Source: a virus (Duplodnaviria; Caudoviricetes). Taken from it: DNA of 64,000 nt. Shown piece by piece: positions 49,979-58,962 of this stretch; positions within the stretch are counted from its first letter, which is position 1, and every line of letters starts with the position of its first letter. Location of the stretch: IMG/VR virus record IMGVR_UViG_3300020399_000003, positions 9,994-73,993 of that record. One strand, 5' to 3'. The notes below the pieces were generated by a model. It had not been told where the DNA came from. It worked only from the letters and a program-made list of their open reading frames with translations, and made no database searches. Both the position numbers and the translations under genes were made by a program.

Positions 49979-50488
49979 TTAACAATTGCAGGCACAAGCA
50001 GCGCAAGCACCATTATGTGTACAATTGGGATAGCTAGTACAGTTGCCGCTAGAATTATTACAGTTAGTTTTACCATTGCCATTCGTAGCGCAATTACTAT
50101 GATTACTACAATTACTAGAAGTATTATTACAGTTAGTTTTGCCATTACCATTAGTTGCACAATTAGTATGACCACTACCATTAACGGCACAGTTTGCCAT
50201 ACCGTTACCATTCGTTGTACAATTTGCATGATTGGTACAATTAGTCTGCCAAGTTCCATCGCCTCGTAAGTATTTTCCAGCACTAGCAGAACCGCCTACC
50301 CGTGCAACATTTAATGTACCTGTGCTGATATTATCTGCATTAGTGGTATCAGTAGTTGCACTAGCCACAAGTGCTGGCTTATTTAAAAGGGTATTCCAGT
50401 CACTAGCAGGCATATTATCTAAAGCACCTACAATAACATCTCCACCGCTATCTAAAAGCCTAGCTATCTCTGATGCTCTAGTTGTCAT
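49979..50488 (-). CDS. Tail-fibre-like Asn-Cys repeat protein (copy 3)
   Basis: Same leader; 14 Cys; ends CAACACNC. Confidence 0.75.
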   Translation of the reverse strand: MTTRASEIARLLDSGGDVIVGALDNMPASDWNTLLNKPALVASATTDTTNADNISTGTLNVARVGGSASAGKYLRGDGTWQTNCTNHANCTTNGNGMANCAVNGSGHTNCATNGNGKTNCNNTSSNCSNHSNCATNGNGKTNCNNSSGNCTSYPNCTHNGACAACACNC

Positions 50489-50500
50489 TAATTAATCTCC

Positions 50501-51010
50501 TCAACAATTACAAGCACAAGCTGCCGGAGCACCATTTGTTGTACAATTAGGGTGATTCGTGCAGTTACCGCTAGAGTTATTACAGTTGGTATAAGTATTG
50601 CCATTAGTGGCACAATTAGCATGATTGGTGCAGTTACTAGAAGAGTTATTGCAATTAGTTTTACCATTGCCGTTTGTTGTACAATTAGCATAACCATTTC
50701 CGTTAGTCGCACAATTAGCGTGACCACCGCCATTTGTGGCGCAATTCCCGGTATTAGTACAATTGGTTTGCCATGTTCCATCTCCCCTTAAATATTTCCC
50801 TGAAGTTGGAGACCCACCTAATCGAGCAGCATCTAACGTACCTGAGGTTATATTATCTGCATTAGTAGTATCTGTCGTAGCAGACGCAACTAATGCAGGT
50901 TTATTTAGCAAAGTAGTCCAATCTGATGGAGGAGCATTATCTAATGCACTACTCTCCACATCGCCACCACTATCTAGAAGATTTGCTATTTCTGTTGATT
51001 TAGTTGTCAT
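50501..51010 (-). CDS. Tail-fibre-like Asn-Cys repeat protein (copy 2)
   Basis: Same leader; 13 Cys; ends CACNC. Confidence 0.75.
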   Translation of the reverse strand: MTTKSTEIANLLDSGGDVESSALDNAPPSDWTTLLNKPALVASATTDTTNADNITSGTLDAARLGGSPTSGKYLRGDGTWQTNCTNTGNCATNGGGHANCATNGNGYANCTTNGNGKTNCNNSSSNCTNHANCATNGNTYTNCNNSSGNCTNHPNCTTNGAPAACACNC

Positions 51011-51022
51011 TAATTTAGTTCC

Positions 51023-51613
51023 TTAACAATTACAAGCGCAAACACCTGGAGTCAAAACAACCGCTGTTCCAACAACACTTAATGTGCCGCCATAAGTATT
51101 ATTTGCAGATCCACTTGCGGATGTAAGCGTCCCCGCACAATTAGTACAGTTAGTGTGACTGCTAGTTCCAGAACAATTAGCACAATTAGCCATACCATTT
51201 CCATTTGTTGCACAATTCCCAAAACTATCTGTGCCTGAACAATTAGTACAATTACCATGATTCGTACAATTAGTAGTCCACGCCCCGTCTCCTCGAAGAT
51301 AATTTCCTGAACCACCAGTGCCACTTCCCATTCTAGCAACATTTAATGTTCCGGTACTAATGTTGTCAGCCGAAGTAGTATCTGTAGTAGCAGAAGCCAC
51401 TAAACCAGCAACTTGAGCATTCGGAAGATCTACAATTCGTGCGTTAGGCAACGTTCCTGTATTAATATTACTAGCATCACGAGTATCTGTATCTGCATGA
51501 GCAGGTTTATTTAATAATGTCGTCCAATCAGAGGCAGGAACATTGTCTAAGCCAGCTGAGATAACATCCCCGTCTGCTTCTAGTAAGTTTGCGAGTTCTC
51601 TAGCTTTGCTCAT
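51023..51613 (-). CDS. Tail-fibre-like Asn-Cys repeat protein (copy 1, divergent)
   Basis: MSKARELANLL, duplicated NIxTGTLxxAR repeat, NCTNC motifs; 11 Cys; ends CACNC. Confidence 0.75.
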   Translation of the reverse strand: MSKARELANLLEADGDVISAGLDNVPASDWTTLLNKPAHADTDTRDASNINTGTLPNARIVDLPNAQVAGLVASATTDTTSADNISTGTLNVARMGSGTGGSGNYLRGDGAWTTNCTNHGNCTNCSGTDSFGNCATNGNGMANCANCSGTSSHTNCTNCAGTLTSASGSANNTYGGTLSVVGTAVVLTPGVCACNC

Positions 51614-51625
51614 TGTTTTATCCTT

Positions 51626-51982
51626 TTAGAAATTTATAAATTCCATTGTATCTAAAATAGTAGCCCCTGTTGCTAGTTCTATCGTAGTACCATTAGTAGC
51701 TTCAAAATCGTTAGCTGCACCATTTAATAATTTAACACCATTCATAAATACCTGTACTCGTCCTACAACATATACATGAGGAAAAGTTGTTTGACCTGCT
51801 GTAGGAACAACAATGGTTTCAGAATAGTCATCAGTTGCTGTTAATGTATGACCTCCTGCTGTTGAACCATCATGTACAACTAAAGTATCTTTATCAGTAT
51901 CTACAGTAACTTCACGAAGAGCTCCTGTAAATGTAGCATGCTGAGCAGTCGTTCCGCCTCTTAACTGTAGTTTTTTAGCCAT
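51626..51982 (-). CDS. Virion/tail protein with Mtd_N-like N-terminus
   Basis: LQLRGGTTAQHATFTGALREVTVDTDKDTLVVHDGSTAGG; C-terminus VQVFMNGVKL shared with the next ORF. Confidence 0.7.
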   Translation of the reverse strand: MAKKLQLRGGTTAQHATFTGALREVTVDTDKDTLVVHDGSTAGGHTLTATDDYSETIVVPTAGQTTFPHVYVVGRVQVFMNGVKLLNGAANDFEATNGTTIELATGATILDTMEFINF

Positions 51983-51991
51983 GATGTCCCT

Positions 51992-52273
51992 TTATAAATT
52001 TATAAATTCTAATCGGTCTGTTGTATCAACCCCAGTTGCTAAAACTACAGTTGTTCCATTGGTAGCTTCAAAATCATTGGATGCACCTACTACTAATTTA
52101 ACTCCATTTAAATAAACTTGTACTCGCCCTACTGTGTATACATGATTAAATGTTACTTGTGCAGCCGTACCGGGAGTAACTTCAGTTTCAGAAATTGTAA
52201 CATTTTTAGAAGTTAGAGGATCTACTAAAAGACCAGAACTTCTGCCTGTATTGTTATCAACTATTCCACTCAT
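51992..52273 (-). CDS. Small virion/tail protein, paralog of the C-terminus of 51626..51982
   Basis: HVYTVGRVQVYLNGVKL...NDFEATNGTTVVLATG. Confidence 0.65.
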   Translation of the reverse strand: MSGIVDNNTGRSSGLLVDPLTSKNVTISETEVTPGTAAQVTFNHVYTVGRVQVYLNGVKLVVGASNDFEATNGTTVVLATGVDTTDRLEFINL

Positions 52274-52283
52274 AGTTTATTCC

Positions 52284-52613
52284 TTATAATGTCTGATCAA
52301 GATATGAAACACATACATCAATGTCTGATGCACTTGCAGTAATAATTGATAAATGATCTGATGCTTCCATTACAAATTTACTAGTATGCTCAAACGTTTG
52401 TTTAGCTCCTATTGCTTGATCAAAATAAATATATGTATCTGCTCCAGAGCCTCCGTCATCAATCAATAATTTGAATGTTTCTGCCGCATCACCTGTCTCA
52501 CAAATGGTTACACTTAAAACCGTACAAGTATGCCCACTTGCAACAGTAAGTAATGCTTGAACGGAAGAAGCATCACCCCTAAATGTTGCTAGTTTTAAAA
52601 CTTCACTTGCCAT
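52284..52613 (-). CDS. Small beta-rich virion protein
   Basis: ORF in the tail block. Confidence 0.55.
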   Translation of the reverse strand: MASEVLKLATFRGDASSVQALLTVASGHTCTVLSVTICETGDAAETFKLLIDDGGSGADTYIYFDQAIGAKQTFEHTSKFVMEASDHLSIITASASDIDVCVSYLDQTL

Positions 52614-52622
52614 AACTTTCTC

Positions 52623-55058
52623 CTAAAATCCAAGGACTAGAGCTTTGCCCGTACTTGTTATTGTTGGGTTCATAATTGTTGTTGATGAGGTTATGTTGTA
52701 TCCTAAAATATCTAAATCACCAGCAAGTTGAGGAGTAGCATCAGCTGATACCTCTATAGAAACAGTTCCAAAGGATAATTGACCAGCACCGTCAGTCTTC
52801 ATATATTGATCTAGTAAACCATCCGCTTGCGGGTGTTTTAACCCATCAATAATAACATCACCTGAACCATTAGGAGTAATCGCTATATCACCATTAGACG
52901 CACTGATTATCGAATTGCTATTTACATCTAAATCTCCACCTAATTCAGGACTTGCATCTTCTACTATATTTCCAAGACCAGGAGCAATACCAGTCCAAGC
53001 ACTACCCGTATAATATTTAAGAAGGTTGTTGGTACTGTCGTACCAAAGATCTCCTGCTGAAGGAGAACCTGGGGAAGAAGCATTTATAGAATATTCATCA
53101 CTGTATCTATTAATAGAGGATTCATTAAGTGCAGCAGTTGTAATATTTCCTGCTATGCCTGCACAAGTCGTAACATTAGCACTAATTGCTGCTAAAGAAT
53201 TCATGTCAGTTACGTTCTGAGCCGTACCCAAGACGTTCATATCATTTACTACATCTGCGGTGCCCAAAATATTCATATCGTTTACAAAATCAGCCGAGGC
53301 TATAACATTTAAATCACTAACGAAATCAGCTGTTGCTACGATATTTAAGTCACTGACAAAATCAGCGGTTCCAACAATTGCTAGGTCTGCTATTGTTGCC
53401 GCATTCCCCAAGAGTCCAATTTCAGTTGATACACCGGCTACACTTGTAACATCACTAGATATTCCCGCTACGGTAGTCGTATTTGCTGAAATGCCTGCAA
53501 CTGTTGTAACATTTGCAGCAACTGCTGCTACGCTTGTTACATTAGCAGCAATCCCGGATACTATTCCAATTTCAGTAGTGTCTCCAGCAACGACTCCAAT
53601 TTCTGTGGTATCCCCAGCTACAGTTGTGACGTTAGCAGCGATTCCAGCAACGGTAGTAATATTTGCTGAATTAGAATTAACGGCATTAATATTTGTTGAA
53701 TTAGAGTTTACGCCTGATACAGCAGAAGAAATAGCGTTAACTCCTGACACGGCAGTAGAAATTCCTGCTACTGATGTAACATTGCTAGAAATTCCTGCAA
53801 CTGTTGTGACATTACCGGATATTCCTGCCACTGTTGTAATATCAGCACTCGCTCCTGCCAATGCACTAATATTATTAGTAGGAGTAATTTGTCCTGCTAC
53901 TGTATCAATATCAGCAATATTATCTGCACAAGATGTTATATCTCCATTACCAGTAGAACTATCTAATGCATCAGCAATGCTTCCTAGATCCTCGTTAAAA
54001 ACAACATCTCCTGCAACGACATTAATATTAAGCTGATCAGATGCACTTGGCGCAGTTGCTTGCCACACTGTACCAAAACTACGAAGTTCATTACTGGTCG
54101 TATTAAAGTAAAGATCACCTGCATCGTTATCAGTGCTAGGCTCAGTTGCGGAAATCCGATATCTATTTGCAAAATTATCTACATTAGTTATATTCGAGGC
54201 TACCGTAGCTATATTAGCCGCAGCAGTAGTTTGAGCTACCGTAGTAACATTTGCAGCTATCCCAGCCACAGTCGTAACATTACCTGAAATAGGCGCTACT
54301 ATATTTACGTTAGATATATTAGTTCCAACTGTATCTACATTCGTTATGGAGTTTGCTACTGTATCAATTTCTGATGTGGCTTCATTTAGATCATTTGCAA
54401 CAGTTTCAATTTCAGAAACTGCTTCATTTAAATCATTAGCTGTAGTAATAATTTTAGCTATATCTGATGCACAAATATTGATGTTAGCTTGGTTTGCTTG
54501 AACTGCATTAATATTCGTTTGATCCGCAGTTGTAGGTGTAGTGCGTAACCAGGAAGTATTCCCAAGGTCATAGACCATAAGTACATTATTAGTCGTATTG
54601 AAATAGGCTGTTCCATCTAATAACGCATCTCCGTCATTATTAAGAGTAGGATCTGAAGCTTTATCCCCTAACCAGCGATCATCAAAATTATCATAACTCG
54701 TAGCGGCATTAGTTTCAGATGTAGCAGCAGCAGCTGCGCTGCTGGCTGCGTTAGCTACTGTCTCTGCTAATGCATCCGTTAACATAGCTGTTGTTACACG
54801 TAATTCACAACGATCATCTAAAACAAAAGTACTTGCTGTTGTTCCTTCTTGTGCACGAAGAACAGTAAGTGTATTTGAGCCAATAGCTTCACATTTAATA
54901 ACTTCAGTAGCAGTAGCACTAACTAAAGTTAAATAACAATAATCTCCAACTCCTAAAGTAGGAAATACTGAAGCATCAGTTACAAGAATACTTGTAGCAG
55001 CAGCAGATATAGGCCCTGGTAATGTTGTAGTTGCATTATTTGAATATTTAACTCCCAC
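52623..55058 (-). CDS. Long tail fibre / fibritin-like protein
   Basis: Decad repeats (NVTTVAGIxx), 12-mer and 14-mer repeats, three GDLY/WY knob modules. Confidence 0.75.
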   Translation of the reverse strand: MGVKYSNNATTTLPGPISAAATSILVTDASVFPTLGVGDYCYLTLVSATATEVIKCEAIGSNTLTVLRAQEGTTASTFVLDDRCELRVTTAMLTDALAETVANAASSAAAAATSETNAATSYDNFDDRWLGDKASDPTLNNDGDALLDGTAYFNTTNNVLMVYDLGNTSWLRTTPTTADQTNINAVQANQANINICASDIAKIITTANDLNEAVSEIETVANDLNEATSEIDTVANSITNVDTVGTNISNVNIVAPISGNVTTVAGIAANVTTVAQTTAAANIATVASNITNVDNFANRYRISATEPSTDNDAGDLYFNTTSNELRSFGTVWQATAPSASDQLNINVVAGDVVFNEDLGSIADALDSSTGNGDITSCADNIADIDTVAGQITPTNNISALAGASADITTVAGISGNVTTVAGISSNVTSVAGISTAVSGVNAISSAVSGVNSNSTNINAVNSNSANITTVAGIAANVTTVAGDTTEIGVVAGDTTEIGIVSGIAANVTSVAAVAANVTTVAGISANTTTVAGISSDVTSVAGVSTEIGLLGNAATIADLAIVGTADFVSDLNIVATADFVSDLNVIASADFVNDMNILGTADVVNDMNVLGTAQNVTDMNSLAAISANVTTCAGIAGNITTAALNESSINRYSDEYSINASSPGSPSAGDLWYDSTNNLLKYYTGSAWTGIAPGLGNIVEDASPELGGDLDVNSNSIISASNGDIAITPNGSGDVIIDGLKHPQADGLLDQYMKTDGAGQLSFGTVSIEVSADATPQLAGDLDILGYNITSSTTIMNPTITSTGKALVLGF

Positions 55059-55067
55059 GATGCTCTC

Positions 55068-55514
55068 CTAAGAAACGGTTACGTCCCAACTAATTGTCAT
55101 AGAATCAGCTGCACCTTTATTAATAGTAGCAAATACAGTTCTAGCCAGCATATCCCCTGCTGAATTAGCATTAAGAACTCCTGCTTCTGTAATAGCTCCA
55201 GTACCAACACCAGCTGCATAAGTACATTCAAATGTAATCACAGCAGCAGCAACTACTCCTCCTGAAACATTTAGCGCTACTCTAGCAATTTCAGTACCTA
55301 ATGCAGTATCCCCAGCAGCAGCTGCAGTACTACCAGTACCTATAGCCATATGACTCATTACGCCAAGTGAAACTCCTTGCATTCTTTGAGCTATCCAATT
55401 TTTACCAACGGTAACCACAAGATTTCTAATTTCTTGTACAGTTTCCCCGTTAAGCGTAATTGTTAATTTACCTGTTAGAGCAACTGTATCCTTGAAACTC
55501 ATATTGATCTCCAT
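55068..55514 (-). CDS. Virion/tail protein
   Basis: MAIGTGSTAAAAGDTALGTE...ITEAGV...MLARTVF pattern common in tail modules. Confidence 0.6.
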   Translation of the reverse strand: MEINMSFKDTVALTGKLTITLNGETVQEIRNLVVTVGKNWIAQRMQGVSLGVMSHMAIGTGSTAAAAGDTALGTEIARVALNVSGGVVAAAVITFECTYAAGVGTGAITEAGVLNANSAGDMLARTVFATINKGAADSMTISWDVTVS

Positions 55515-55810
55515 TAACTTACGGTAATTGTTACATCTTCATGCCGTGGATTAAGTATTCCATCCCACAATAATGCATGTGTATTTATTGGGGCACCATT
55601 AAGTAGTGCGCTGTAATAAGGCCATCTTAGATCATCTGCTGTCAGTGCATCAGCTAAATTCATGATGTAAGTAACAGTAGATGTATCTGAAAGTACTGCT
55701 TGATCTCCAGTGAGTTTTGTATTTTTAGTGTCGTAATCTAATACAACATTTGCTGCAGCACGAGCGTATTTAACAACAGCTGCTGCTATGGGTACACTGG
55801 CTCCACTCAT
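55514..55810 (-). CDS. Hypothetical virion protein
   Basis: Coupled ORF. Confidence 0.5.
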   Translation of the reverse strand: MSGASVPIAAAVVKYARAAANVVLDYDTKNTKLTGDQAVLSDTSTVTYIMNLADALTADDLRWPYYSALLNGAPINTHALLWDGILNPRHEDVTITVS

Positions 55811-56187
55811 TAGAAGTCATCCCTCACTTTAAATTTTAATCTGTCATATAAAGTCCAAATAGCTCCACTTGTATAAGTTAATTCAATTTCACCTTCATAT
55901 GTCCCAGCAGCAACTGCTAAAGTAGTTGCACCCCAAGGCATATAGCATGCTCCATCTGTGTAAGGCGCAACTTTAACACAAGTCATTGTATCTAAAATAG
56001 AAGACCCACCTAATAACCGGAATTTTACTACAATAGTTGGATCAGTAAGATCAATAGCTGCCCAGGTAGAAGAATCATCTGGGTCAAGGGTTTGACCAGC
56101 CGCAGCTGTATTGGAATCTTTTAAGGTAAGGTTTACTTCTGGTTTAGTATCATTGGCTACTAATTGTATTTCATCGTAATAAGCCAT
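55810..56187 (-). CDS. BppU-N-like tail adaptor protein
   Basis: NDTKPEVNLTLKD...YEGEIELTY. Confidence 0.5.
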   Translation of the reverse strand: MAYYDEIQLVANDTKPEVNLTLKDSNTAAAGQTLDPDDSSTWAAIDLTDPTIVVKFRLLGGSSILDTMTCVKVAPYTDGACYMPWGATTLAVAAGTYEGEIELTYTSGAIWTLYDRLKFKVRDDF

Positions 56188-56240
56188 ATTTAACTCCGTT
56201 GGAGGTTGTTCTCAGCATTGGCTATACAGCATGCAGTTAT

Positions 56241-56270
56241 AAGATACGTTAGTAACACTAAAAGTGTCAA
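56241..56270 (-). promoter_or_regulatory. Possible sigma70 late promoter for the tail operon
   Basis: TTGACA-18 nt-TATCTT on the minus strand. Confidence 0.35.
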
Positions 56271-56273
56271 ATT

Positions 56274-56525
56274 TTAATTACCAGAACCATATGGAGCACT
56301 TACTCCTCTCCTAGCTGCGGATCTTGTTCTAGCTGCTGCTCGTTCATCAAATTCTTCTAATTTTTTCCGAGCTTTTTCTTGATCAGATACAAACGTATTC
56401 GTAGCACGTTCTCTAGTTGTCGGTGATGCATATGTTTTTTTGCCTTTGGTTTTGTCTTCTAATCTTTTTCTTCTAGCTTTATCTGATATATCTATTTCCT
56501 TAGAAAATCTACTTTTACTAGCCAT
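56274..56525 (-). CDS. Small basic hypothetical protein
   Basis: 83-aa Arg/Lys-rich ORF with RBS. Confidence 0.55.
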   Translation of the reverse strand: MASKSRFSKEIDISDKARRKRLEDKTKGKKTYASPTTRERATNTFVSDQEKARKKLEEFDERAAARTRSAARRGVSAPYGSGN

Positions 56526-56536
56526 TTATATCTCCT

Positions 56537-57217
56537 TTAAACAAATCCATTATCTTCTAATTTTGTATTAATTTCGATTTGATTATTACCCCACATACCA
56601 GAATTAATAAGTTGTTTACATGATGCTTCATAGCGCATGTAATAGGTATTATTTTCATCCTGCATACCCCCACTAATAGCACTATGAGCTTTATATGCAG
56701 CATAATTTAGCAATGCTTCCGTGTATACCTCGTTAATTTTCAAATCAGTATAGATTTTAGAAGCTCTTTTAGGAGCAGCTGCATACTTTAAAATAATTTG
56801 ACTACGTTTTGGAGTTTCTGAATCAGTACCTTTAATAGTTGCTTTAAAAGGTTCTGGTAATAAAATTGCTACATGCTGATCTACTTTTTGAACTAATTTA
56901 ACTGAGTCATCACTAATATGAACTTTAACATAATCACTAGTATAGTAAGCATGAATTGGAACTAAAAAATCTGAAGGCAATGCGTATTCTTCTTTATCTA
57001 CCGGTTGGTCCATTTCGTAATCTTTTACCAATAGATGAAATCGTTTATGCAGAGCTAAGTTAGCTAAATTTATATAATTAATAAATTTATTTTGATTAAC
57101 TATCTGAACTGCCGTAGGCACTGGGCTTGGGTTTGCGGACATGTCACCTACACTAGCAATAGCTAGTTTACTGCACTCACCTGTTATTAAATAATCAACA
57201 TATTCAGAAATTTTCAT
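56537..57217 (-). CDS. Head-tail adaptor (N4 gp67-like)
   Basis: INLANLALHKRF, EALLNYAAYKA, YYMRYEASC; adjacent to terminase. Confidence 0.72.
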   Translation of the reverse strand: MKISEYVDYLITGECSKLAIASVGDMSANPSPVPTAVQIVNQNKFINYINLANLALHKRFHLLVKDYEMDQPVDKEEYALPSDFLVPIHAYYTSDYVKVHISDDSVKLVQKVDQHVAILLPEPFKATIKGTDSETPKRSQIILKYAAAPKRASKIYTDLKINEVYTEALLNYAAYKAHSAISGGMQDENNTYYMRYEASCKQLINSGMWGNNQIEINTKLEDNGFV

Positions 57218-57226
57218 ATTTAACCT

Positions 57227-58837
57227 CTATACAAAATAAGAACTATCACCTATTTTTTTAGTAGTTGAATCTCCCCACATATTAGAATTTTCTAATTCTT
57301 CTGAGGTATCTTCATCCTGTATGGAAACTTCACTTGGCTTCCATGCATTTAATTCAGCAAGCATAGTAATCGTATCGATCTGATCATCATGTTTACTTTT
57401 AAACCCTTTTAGAGTAGCAAGTGACAACTCAAAGAGCAACTCTGTAAGTTCCTCACTGTCTTTTAATTCTTCAGGTAGCCATATTTTTTTAGATTTAAAT
57501 AAGGGTATTGCATTTTGTTGAAATCGAGACATCTTATCTTTAGTAGGCCGGATACCAATCGTGTTGCTATTCTTGCCTTTAGACAATGTAAAATAATTAT
57601 TACGAAGGCCCATTTCATTTTGTATCCAACTAATAAACCCACCCTGCTGCCCGGTAGTCTCTATGCCGACTTCCTGGGGGCTGTACATTTGAACTAAACG
57701 AAATAAATTATCTATCGTTTCATTCATCAAGGCTCGTTTACAAAATCCATCTACCCACATCCAATCTGCATTATTATTGTAGGCCCATACGTTAATTACA
57801 CTAAAATCAGCATGTTCTCGATCAGATGTAGCAAAATCAGTAGTTACATAAAAGTTATAAGCGCCTTTGTTTTGTAAAACATTATTACGTTTATACCAAA
57901 TGAGGTCTGCATCATTAACGAGACGCTCTTCTTCACTCGTAATACGCAACATTAACTCTTGGTTAAACGAGTCTAATTTACCAGCACCTTTTGATTTAAA
58001 ATATTGATTACTAACATATTCATAACTAAATCGATCTTCCCAGGCCCCTTTAAAATCTTCTTTTGTACACGGAAAACTTTCACATACAGGGTAAACATTT
58101 ACGTGCCAGACACCAGATTCAATAGCTTTGTATAAAGGGTCTTTAGAGTTAAACGGAGTTCCACTCCAAATAACTTTCCTCTTATTCGGATGTAACGCAT
58201 AATCAATAGCCGAGTAGACTGTGTTCTCAACATTTTCAATAATCGTAGCGGACCGAGCATCTTCATCACCGAGTAGATCGTCCAGTACAGCAAGTTGAGG
58301 TCTCGTATTCAGTTCAACTGTTCCACGAACCCCTGTTTTAGCACCATGTCCTGTAACAACAAATTCCTTTCCAGAAGCATTTTTAAAGTACCAACGAATA
58401 TCTGTAAATCTCGATGTCTTAATATATGTTTTTAGAAAGGCGCTATTTTCACAGCGTCTTTCCATACGCAGTCGCATCTTCTTAACACCATTTTCGATAC
58501 TGTCAGAAACATACAAAGCGTAATCTACATTGCCAAACCCAGGGATGGACCCATACACAGCTATATACAAAAATAAATATTCTGCAAATATAGTAGTCTT
58601 AGCAAGGCCGCGCGCGCACATGTTAGCGGTGTTCTGGGTTTTACCCGCGATTTTGTCGATCATCTGGTAATGAATAACAGGGGTTTTATTTTCTTCGCCT
58701 TTTTCGCCATTAACTAATTTAATAAACGAAACAAATTCTAAGGCAAATTCACTAGGTACATAGGAGGGGTCATCGTCATAGTCGATATCATTTAACCAAT
58801 CATCGACTGTTTTTTTAATCAAACTCATAAGGAACAT
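57227..58837 (-). CDS. terL: Terminase large subunit (N4 gp68-like)
   Basis: CARGLAKTT, RPQLAVLDD, SGTPFN, VTTDFA, HDDQIDT. Confidence 0.92.
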   Translation of the reverse strand: MFLMSLIKKTVDDWLNDIDYDDDPSYVPSEFALEFVSFIKLVNGEKGEENKTPVIHYQMIDKIAGKTQNTANMCARGLAKTTIFAEYLFLYIAVYGSIPGFGNVDYALYVSDSIENGVKKMRLRMERRCENSAFLKTYIKTSRFTDIRWYFKNASGKEFVVTGHGAKTGVRGTVELNTRPQLAVLDDLLGDEDARSATIIENVENTVYSAIDYALHPNKRKVIWSGTPFNSKDPLYKAIESGVWHVNVYPVCESFPCTKEDFKGAWEDRFSYEYVSNQYFKSKGAGKLDSFNQELMLRITSEEERLVNDADLIWYKRNNVLQNKGAYNFYVTTDFATSDREHADFSVINVWAYNNNADWMWVDGFCKRALMNETIDNLFRLVQMYSPQEVGIETTGQQGGFISWIQNEMGLRNNYFTLSKGKNSNTIGIRPTKDKMSRFQQNAIPLFKSKKIWLPEELKDSEELTELLFELSLATLKGFKSKHDDQIDTITMLAELNAWKPSEVSIQDEDTSEELENSNMWGDSTTKKIGDSSYFV

Positions 58838-58962
58838 CCCTAGCTAAATAATCAACGACACAATCATCTGTTCTATTGGTGAGTTGGTCTTCCTGCTTGC
58901 TGCACCTGCCTTGTTGACCACTACTATCGCCTTCCCACCACACACAGTTTTCACATGTTTCT

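Noticed and set aside
49396-51342. Several alternative-frame and antisense ORFs over the NC-repeat genes
   Set aside because: By-products of the repetitive codon structure; no independent RBS or motifs.
49436-51613. Diversity-generating retroelement or CRISPR-like explanation for the tandem repeats
   Set aside because: No reverse transcriptase, no near-identical template/variable repeat pair differing only at adenines, and no constant repeat-spacer array.
53260-54036. 258-aa + strand ORF
   Set aside because: Antisense shadow of the repetitive tail fibre; it mirrors the repeat codons.
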